A stretch of DNA of 64,000 nt from a virus: the IMG/VR virus record IMGVR_UViG_3300020165_001964; one strand, written 5' to 3'. This document shows, piece after piece, positions 57,313-64,000 of this stretch. Within the stretch, counting starts at the first letter, position 1; each line of letters begins with the position of its first letter. Made by a program: the position numbers and the translations under genes. The notes under the pieces were generated by a model, which had not been told where the DNA came from, ran no database searches, and was given only the letters and a program-made list of their open reading frames with translations.

Positions 57313-58553
57313 AAGAAATTCCACCAGAGTATAAGGAAAAATATAAAAATTCAGTTAATAATGCTCTATCTACACCTTTCGGAACTCAAGAAAGATATGA
57401 TTTTGTAAAATATCAATTAGTTATAATTGCGTATAAAGAAGAGAATTTTATAGGTGAATGTGTAGAATCACTTATTAATCAAACTGCTTCACCTCATGAA
57501 TTTGAAGTATTAATTATAAATAATTGTTCAGTAGAAGAAGAATTAGATAATACTGAAATGGTAGTTAAAGAGAAATTAGATAAATACAAATATGATAATA
57601 TACATTTAATAAATGTAAAGTTTCCCAAAGAAATACAAGGTGCAGCCTTAGCAGCAAAATTTGGAATAGATGTTGCATTACATAGATGGAGTAATTATGA
57701 GGATTTTAATGATGGAATAGTTGCATTTCTTGGAGCAGATAATATTTTTGAAAATCATTATGTTGAGGAAGTAATAAAAACATTTGAGAATCCATCAAAC
57801 TATAAAAACCCACATCAATTGAATCCGATAGAAGAGGATACATTAGATATATTGGTAACGAATTGTGATAATTATAAGTTTACCAGTTCTGATAATATAA
57901 TTAATATTTCAGTATTGAAACCTTATCTAAATAAATTGGATGTTATGAATGAGTTATTGGGAAAGTGGTACTTTAAAAATTTTGATATAAATTGGGGAGT
58001 AAAAAAAGAAACCAAAAAAACCTTAGATGATAATTTATTGTATAGAGAGGATGATGGAACTTCAGTATGGCCCAAAACATTTAGAGCATCAACATATAAT
58101 GATTTAGGTGGAATTGGAATTCAACCACAAGAAGAGCAGTCTATAATCATAAAGGCCGTAGTAAATAATTGTGTTTTCAAATATAATGATATGACAAATT
58201 ATACTCATGTACATAGATTAGAAAAACCAAGAGTACCCGATGGTAGTATATCACAATGGTATTATGATAGTGCTCAAGCTTATATTAATAAGTCTGAATT
58301 AGAAGCCTACTCTCTTGATTATTGGACGATGAGAAACAACATTGAAAAGTATTTTTACGAAAAAAAATTCTATAGTGGTTGGAGACCAAAGTTTTTTTCA
58401 GAACAAGACTTAGATAAAATATTAAAAGAGTCAGGAGAATCATATTTATATTTTAGAAATAAGTTTATTCACCAATATCAAGGTGAGATAAATAAGATTT
58501 ACAAAAAACAAAACATCAATAAAGTTATTGATGACATAAAGAAAAACCTATAA
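57297..58553 (+). CDS. GT2-like glycosyltransferase
   Basis: VIIAYKEENFIGECVESL, EVLIINNCS and FLGAD (variant DxD). Confidence 0.65.
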   Translation: MYDYLKEIPPEYKEKYKNSVNNALSTPFGTQERYDFVKYQLVIIAYKEENFIGECVESLINQTASPHEFEVLIINNCSVEEELDNTEMVVKEKLDKYKYDNIHLINVKFPKEIQGAALAAKFGIDVALHRWSNYEDFNDGIVAFLGADNIFENHYVEEVIKTFENPSNYKNPHQLNPIEEDTLDILVTNCDNYKFTSSDNIINISVLKPYLNKLDVMNELLGKWYFKNFDINWGVKKETKKTLDDNLLYREDDGTSVWPKTFRASTYNDLGGIGIQPQEEQSIIIKAVVNNCVFKYNDMTNYTHVHRLEKPRVPDGSISQWYYDSAQAYINKSELEAYSLDYWTMRNNIEKYFYEKKFYSGWRPKFFSEQDLDKILKESGESYLYFRNKFIHQYQGEINKIYKKQNINKVIDDIKKNL

Positions 58554-58570
58554 ACGAAGTGGAGTAAAAA

Positions 58571-59131
58571 ATGAGTAAGAATTATAGAAATGAAGAAGCA
58601 TTTTACATGAAAGAGATGGAATGGGGTGTTAATTCAAAAACAAACACTACTTACATGAACTACGAATTTGATATAGATTCACTATATTCAACGATGGTTA
58701 AATGTGATTACTTAGTGAGAGTAAATCCAGGTACTGATATTAATTTAAAGATTGCATCTTATGGTGGTGATGTTTATGCGATGTTAGGTTTAGTTGATTA
58801 CATCAGAAGTTTAGATGTAAAGGTTAACACACATTGTGTTGGAACTTGTATGAGTGCAGCATCAGTATTGTTAGCAAGTGGTACTGGTACAAGGACTATG
58901 AGTAAAAACTCTACAGTCATGGTTCATGAGGGTTCAGCGATAGAGACTGGTAAGGTTGGTGATGTTATGAAAGGTGTTGACCATTTGAAAGAACTACAAA
59001 AAGAAATCAATAAATTGATGGAAGAAGTTACAAATAAAGATGCAAGGTTTTGGGAACTCACTCAGAGAAATGATACTTATTTGAACGCAAAACAATGTTT
59101 AGATAATGGTATCATCGATAAAATTATTTAA
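58571..59131 (+). CDS. clpP: ClpP-family protease
   Basis: SYGGDV, catalytic Ser in CMSAAS, MVHE, D in RNDTYL and GIIDKI. Confidence 0.8.
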   Translation: MSKNYRNEEAFYMKEMEWGVNSKTNTTYMNYEFDIDSLYSTMVKCDYLVRVNPGTDINLKIASYGGDVYAMLGLVDYIRSLDVKVNTHCVGTCMSAASVLLASGTGTRTMSKNSTVMVHEGSAIETGKVGDVMKGVDHLKELQKEINKLMEEVTNKDARFWELTQRNDTYLNAKQCLDNGIIDKII

Positions 59132-59139
59132 AATAATAC

Positions 59140-59169
59140 TTGACAAGTATACAGAAAAAGCCTTATATT
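59140..59169 (+). promoter_or_regulatory. Sigma70-like early promoter TTGACA-N18-TATATT
   Basis: Direct match; twin of 43135. Confidence 0.7.
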
Positions 59170-59182
59170 AAGGGGTATTAAA

Positions 59183-59569
59183 TTGGAGAAAAATATGGTA
59201 AAGGTTATAAAAGATAAACCTAAATCTAAAGCTGATGTTATTAGTTATATGGAAAACAAATATCCTAAGATGACATCTGAATTTAAAAGGATTCAAAAGG
59301 AACAATATGAATTGTTCTTAAGAAAACAGCACGATTATGGTCCACAAAATATTGCAGTTGGTACTGCATTAATTAATGATGAAGATAAGAGATTATCTTT
59401 GATGGGCATTTGGTTTAGGATTAATGATAAAGTAGAAAGAATCAAAACTCTTATTATGAGGGGTGATGATGGTTCTTTAGAGAATGAGGGTTTGGTAGAT
59501 AGTTATTCAGATATATCAAACTATGGAGTTATGGCACAAGTAGTAGCGAGTGGTAAATGGGCAAAATAA
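59183..59569 (+). CDS. DUF1599/nucleotide-modification-associated (MazG-like) protein
   Basis: KQHDYG...RINDKVERI...DSYSDISNYGVM. Confidence 0.65.
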   Translation: MEKNMVKVIKDKPKSKADVISYMENKYPKMTSEFKRIQKEQYELFLRKQHDYGPQNIAVGTALINDEDKRLSLMGIWFRINDKVERIKTLIMRGDDGSLENEGLVDSYSDISNYGVMAQVVASGKWAK

Positions 59570-60423
59570 GTTATAGTCAGTTCTCACAATGGGACAAGTG
59601 TCCACAGATGTGGAAGTTAAATTATCTTGAAAAACTTGGTACATTTCAAGGTAATATTTATACTATCTTTGGTTCTGCACTACACGAAACTCTTCAGGCT
59701 TACTTAGTTGCATACTATGAAAAGACTGTTGCAATTGCAGATTCATTACCATTGGGTGATATTCTACAATACAGAATGGAAGAGAATTACAAACGAACTA
59801 AAGAAAACTCAAGTGAACCTGTCGATGTATCACTCGAAGAAATGAAAGAGTTCTTCAATGATGGTCTTAATATTATTAATGAGTTCTTGAAGAGGAAGAG
59901 AGGTTACTTCCCTAAAAAAGACCATGAGTTATTAGGTATTGAGTTGGATATAGATTTTAACTTACCGAGAGAAATGAGGTTTGTTGGGTTTATGGATGTG
60001 GTGATACACAATAAAAAGACTGGTAGAGTTAGGATTATCGATATCAAAACATCTACAATGGGTTGGAATAAGTATATGAAAGCTGATAAGAATAAAACTA
60101 ATCAGTTGTTATTGTACAAAAAATTCTTTTCAAAACAGAGAGATATTCCAGAGGATAAAATAGATGTTGAATATTTAATATTGAAGAGAAAATTGTATGA
60201 AAATACAATGTATCCTCAGAAACGAATACAAGTGTTTTCACCAGCGAGTGGAAAACCAAGTTTGAATAAAGTTACAAGTAGATTACAAGAGTTTATAACA
60301 GATTGTTTTGATGATAATGGTACATTGATTGAAAAAGATTACTTCAAGAATGTATCAACAAAAAATTGTAAGTATTGTGAGTTCAAAAGTAAACCAGATT
60401 TATGTGATAGGAAACAGGCATGA
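59557..60423 (+). CDS. PD-(D/E)xK exonuclease (RecB/Cas4-like)
   Basis: ISYSQ...CP, GSALHE, GFMD...IIDIKTS, QLLLY and CKYCEF...C. Confidence 0.8.
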   Translation: MGKISYSQFSQWDKCPQMWKLNYLEKLGTFQGNIYTIFGSALHETLQAYLVAYYEKTVAIADSLPLGDILQYRMEENYKRTKENSSEPVDVSLEEMKEFFNDGLNIINEFLKRKRGYFPKKDHELLGIELDIDFNLPREMRFVGFMDVVIHNKKTGRVRIIDIKTSTMGWNKYMKADKNKTNQLLLYKKFFSKQRDIPEDKIDVEYLILKRKLYENTMYPQKRIQVFSPASGKPSLNKVTSRLQEFITDCFDDNGTLIEKDYFKNVSTKNCKYCEFKSKPDLCDRKQA

Positions 60424-60854
60424 TTACACCAACAATAAGATTCTACCTACCAGATGCATTAGAGTATGGAGATTATAAAAATATGTCAGATATATTAAAT
60501 CATACTCATTGTCATAGAGTATTTTTTTGGTATGAGAAGAATGATTTGACACAAAAACAAATTAAAGATTTCGTAGACACATGGGGTGAGTTTAAACATC
60601 AAAATTTTAAAACTCACATTCAACCTATGTTTACTGATTTACAAAGAGATTTTATATGGTATGATTTTATGCCACACAAAAAATTAAACGAGAATCCAGC
60701 ACAATATTATAGATTTCGTTGGGAATATGGTTTACCTAAATCAATAGAAAAGGGTTTAACAGAGTTCAAAAACACATATGATTTTGTTACTGAATCTCAA
60801 ACACCACAGAAAAAACAAAAGAGGAATGATGGCGAAGATAGCAATCATAGGTAG
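60420..60854 (+). CDS. Hypothetical protein
   Basis: Coupled ORF with no recognised motif. Confidence 0.5.
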   Translation: MITPTIRFYLPDALEYGDYKNMSDILNHTHCHRVFFWYEKNDLTQKQIKDFVDTWGEFKHQNFKTHIQPMFTDLQRDFIWYDFMPHKKLNENPAQYYRFRWEYGLPKSIEKGLTEFKNTYDFVTESQTPQKKQKRNDGEDSNHR

Positions 60855-61233
60855 TAGGTGTTATACCAACAAGAGAAAGATACGAGAGTTTATCTTTAAA
60901 TTAAAAGACCAAGTTGGAGAAAAATTAGAGGTAGTAAGTGGTGGAGCGAAAGAGGGAGCAGATAAATATGCAAAGAAATTTGCTCTTGATTTTGATGTGA
61001 ATTATTCAGAGTTTCCAGCATACCATGAAGTACATAATATTCATTGTGTTCAAGAATCATATAGATTTGGTAAACCATATAATGTAGGACATTATCACAG
61101 AAGAAACAAAGATTTGGTAGAATATAGTGATAAAGTAGTTGCATTTTGTACAGATGGGTTGGTTACAAACGGAACATTATCTGCATTAAAACATGCAGAA
61201 AAAATAAATAAAAAATCGATTATTATTGATTAA
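60829..61233 (+). CDS. SLOG-superfamily (DprA/YspA-like) protein
   Basis: IAIIGSR, VVSGGAKEGAD, RNKDLV...VVAF and GT. Confidence 0.7.
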   Translation: MAKIAIIGSRCYTNKRKIREFIFKLKDQVGEKLEVVSGGAKEGADKYAKKFALDFDVNYSEFPAYHEVHNIHCVQESYRFGKPYNVGHYHRRNKDLVEYSDKVVAFCTDGLVTNGTLSALKHAEKINKKSIIID

Positions 61234-61279
61234 AGTTATATTTATTATATATACATATATACAACAAGAGGTATAAAAT

Positions 61280-61474
61280 ATGAATGAAGTTAAATTGACT
61301 TCGGTAAAGGTTATAACCGAGTTATACAAAAAGTTTAAAAACAAAACGATTGATGATGAGTTTTCATTACAGAAACTTGTTAATAGAACACTCGATAAGT
61401 TTGTTCACGATGAGGAGTTTTGCAAAGACATACTAAAACATGAAAACTTACATCAAAGTGGAAGTAAATTTTAA
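61280..61474 (+). CDS. Small protein, possible ribbon-helix-helix DNA binder
   Basis: LTSVKV strand followed by two helices (SLQKLVNR). Confidence 0.4.
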   Translation: MNEVKLTSVKVITELYKKFKNKTIDDEFSLQKLVNRTLDKFVHDEEFCKDILKHENLHQSGSKF

Positions 61475-61495
61475 TTATAATATTAAGGGTTATAA

Positions 61496-62938
61496 ATGAC
61501 AAAGTTAAAGTTACCAAAGTTAAAATCAGTAGAAAAAGTTAAAGAAGTAAAGAAGAAGAAAAAGATTCTTTTACTATCAGACGACCTAAGAATGTCAAGT
61601 GGTGTCGGTGTAATGTCGAGAGAGATTGTTATGGGAACCATTGATAAATATGATTGGGTTCAGATTGGTGGAGCAGTAAAACATCCTGATGAGGGTAAAA
61701 CCATCGATATGTGTGAAGCAGTAAGGAATGATTATGGTGTAGAGGATGGGTATCTAAAAGTTTATCCAGTAAGTGGTTATGGTAATCAAGATATTCTGAA
61801 ACAGATTATGGAGATTGAAAAGCCAGATGCAATCCTACACTATACAGACCCAAGATTTTGGGGTTGGTTATATCATATGGAACACGAGTTAAGACAAGAG
61901 ATTCCTATCTTCTATTATAATATATGGGATGATTATCCCGCACCACAATACAATGAGTTCTTTTATGAGAGTTGTGATTTGATTATGAATATATCAAAAC
62001 AAACTCATGCAATGGTAAATGCGGTTGCAAAGAAGAAACCAAGAACAGATTGGGATTGTACTTATGTACCACATGGTATTAATGAAAAAGAATTTTATCC
62101 AATTAAGGATGAGACTCAATTGGCAGAGATGAATAAGTTTAAACAGCAAATAGTTGGTAATAAACCAACAGATTTTATTTTGTTGTATGTTAACAGAAAC
62201 ATCAAACGAAAGATGATTGGAGATTGTATGTTGGCATTCCAATCATTCCATAATCAGTTACCAAAAGAACAACAAGATAGGGTTGCATATGTTATGCATA
62301 CACAACCAATCGACCAACATGGTACAGATTTACCACATTTGATTGAGGATTTAATGCCAGAATGTAGAGTACATTTCAGTGCTAATAAACTTGAACCTAA
62401 AGAAATGAATTACCTATATAATATTGCAGATGTTACAATGAACATCGCTTCTAATGAGGGATTTGGATTAGGTACTTGTGAATCATTAATGGCTGGAACA
62501 CCAATCATAGTAAATGTTACAGGTGGATTACAAGACCAATGTGGATTCAGAGTTAATGATAAGTTGTTAACAATAGATGATTACAAAGATATTAAATCTT
62601 TACATAATCACAAGGAGTGGGAACACAACGAAGAATTAACTTGGGGTGAGTGGGTAAAACCAGTATGGCCTAAGACTCGTTCTCTAATGGGTTCAGTACC
62701 AACACCATACATTTTCGATGATAGATGTGATTGGGAAGATGCCGCAGATAGAATAAAAGAGTGGTATGAAATGGGAAGAGAAGCCAGAAAAGAGTGTGGA
62801 TTTAAAGGACACGAATTTGTAACAAGTGATGATGCAAATATGAGTGCAAGAGCAATGTGTGGTTTATTCATAGACCATATGGAAACTGCATTTGATAAGT
62901 GGACTCCAAAACAAAAGATTAATGTTTATAAAGTGTGA
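61496..62938 (+). CDS. GT4-family glycosyltransferase
   Basis: YVPHGIN, NRNIKRK and NEGFGLGTCESLMAGTPII. Confidence 0.85.
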   Translation: MTKLKLPKLKSVEKVKEVKKKKKILLLSDDLRMSSGVGVMSREIVMGTIDKYDWVQIGGAVKHPDEGKTIDMCEAVRNDYGVEDGYLKVYPVSGYGNQDILKQIMEIEKPDAILHYTDPRFWGWLYHMEHELRQEIPIFYYNIWDDYPAPQYNEFFYESCDLIMNISKQTHAMVNAVAKKKPRTDWDCTYVPHGINEKEFYPIKDETQLAEMNKFKQQIVGNKPTDFILLYVNRNIKRKMIGDCMLAFQSFHNQLPKEQQDRVAYVMHTQPIDQHGTDLPHLIEDLMPECRVHFSANKLEPKEMNYLYNIADVTMNIASNEGFGLGTCESLMAGTPIIVNVTGGLQDQCGFRVNDKLLTIDDYKDIKSLHNHKEWEHNEELTWGEWVKPVWPKTRSLMGSVPTPYIFDDRCDWEDAADRIKEWYEMGREARKECGFKGHEFVTSDDANMSARAMCGLFIDHMETAFDKWTPKQKINVYKV

Positions 62939-62945
62939 GGGATAA

Positions 62946-64000
62946 ATGAACAAACCATTAGTATTAGTAACAGCACCAGTCAAAACAAGAAGTGGTTATG
63001 GTAATCACTCACGAGATATTTGTACTGCGTTAATTAACTCAGATAAATATGATGTTATGATTAACAATTGTAGATGGGGTGGAACACCTATGACTGCATT
63101 AGAAAAGGGTAATTCACAACATGATGCGATAGAAGAAAGATTATTAACATCACCACAATTACCACAACAACCTGATTTACATATTCACATTGTAATACCG
63201 AATGAGTTTCAACCGATTGGTAAAAAGAACATGGGTATCACTGCAGGTATAGAAACAACAATACCAATGCCATCATGGATAGATGGTGCTAACAAAATGG
63301 ATACCACGATATTCACATCAGAGTTCACTAAACATTGTTTTGATGCTGCTGAATTTGAAGATGGTAAAACAAAAAGAATTGTAAAGTTCGATAAACCAGG
63401 TTCAGTATTATTTGAGGGTATTGATACAGATACCTACAACGAAACAAGAACCTTTTCAGATGAAGTAAAAGAAGTATTTGATGGTATTGATAGTGATTGG
63501 AACTTCTTATTTGTAGGACATTGGTTAAGTGGTACACTTGGTAAAGATAGAAAAGATATTGGTATGTTGATTAAAGTATTCTTAGAATCATTTAAGAATC
63601 AAAAGAATCCACCAAACTTAATTCTAAAAACAAGTGGTGCAGATTTTAGTATTCTTGATAGAGAAGATATACTTTCAAAAATAAAACATCTTAAAGATAG
63701 TGTAAATGGTGTGTTGCCAAATATTTATCTTATACATGGTGATTTTACAGATTCTCAGATGAATGAATTATATAATCATCCTAAAGTAAAAGCACATATT
63801 ACATTCACACATGGTGAGGGATTTGGTAGACCATTATTAGAGGCTTGTCAAAGTGGTAAACCTGTAATTGCACCAGATTGGAGTGGACAGGTAGATTTCT
63901 TAGATAAGAACTATGCAACTCTACTTCCAGGTAGTTTAGTACAAGTACCACAAGGTGCATTCAATAAAGATATTTTCTTTGAATCACCTGATAATAAGTG
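62946..64000 (+). CDS. GT4-family glycosyltransferase, runs off the window end
   Basis: ATG at 62946; SGYGNHSR, DRKDIG and HGEGFGRPLLEA...PVIA. Confidence 0.85.
   Translation, partial: MNKPLVLVTAPVKTRSGYGNHSRDICTALINSDKYDVMINNCRWGGTPMTALEKGNSQHDAIEERLLTSPQLPQQPDLHIHIVIPNEFQPIGKKNMGITAGIETTIPMPSWIDGANKMDTTIFTSEFTKHCFDAAEFEDGKTKRIVKFDKPGSVLFEGIDTDTYNETRTFSDEVKEVFDGIDSDWNFLFVGHWLSGTLGKDRKDIGMLIKVFLESFKNQKNPPNLILKTSGADFSILDREDILSKIKHLKDSVNGVLPNIYLIHGDFTDSQMNELYNHPKVKAHITFTHGEGFGRPLLEACQSGKPVIAPDWSGQVDFLDKNYATLLPGSLVQVPQGAFNKDIFFESPDNK

Noticed and set aside
390-63537. Numerous short minus-strand and alternate-frame ORFs in the track (for example 12503..12934, 20582..21052, 54804..55220)
   Set aside because: They lie inside well-supported + strand genes, lack SDs or motifs, and look like antisense shadows of codon bias.
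1-64000. CRISPR array, tRNA, tmRNA, rRNA, IS or integrase
   Set aside because: No regularly spaced repeats, cloverleaf/T-loop signatures, or transposase/integrase motifs were seen. The Cas4-like nuclease is solitary.
1-64000. Stop-codon reassignment as in some large phages
   Set aside because: Long genes are intact in the standard code, and TAA, TAG and TGA all terminate genes at sensible positions.

Overview
AT-rich 64-kb segment of a large T4-related (Far-T4-like) contractile-tailed dsDNA phage. It uses the standard genetic code and almost all genes are on the + strand. Gene order: head (scaffold C-terminus, gp23-type major capsid), neck/terminator and Ser/Thr/Gly-rich fibre genes, tail sheath, tube, chaperone, tape measure and hub; thyX, rimK and a truncated family-A polymerase; a type IV pilin cassette; a ~415-nt structured non-coding region; the replication core (SSB, UvsX/RecA, 5'-3' exonuclease, DnaB-like helicase, class II RNR, family-B polymerase, sliding clamp, clamp loaders) with a TonB-dependent receptor inserted; and a modification island (radical SAM, GNAT, Hint-domain polyprotein, four 2OG-Fe(II) oxygenases, sulfotransferase, QueC-like enzyme, glycosyltransferases). 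Main candidates for new biology: (1) a circularly permuted ATP-grasp-like domain fused to three tandem Hint domains separated only by tiny peptides (IPPK, KF, SP), followed by four hydroxylases; (2) a large pseudoknotted ncRNA with its own promoter and terminator; (3) phage-borne pilins behind a sigma54-type promoter with enhancer- and IHF-like sites; (4) a prfB-like +1 (or -2) frameshift in the tail chaperone; (5) a TonB-dependent receptor with a pseudoknot leader next to a B12-dependent RNR. All family assignments come from motif recognition by eye; no searches were run.
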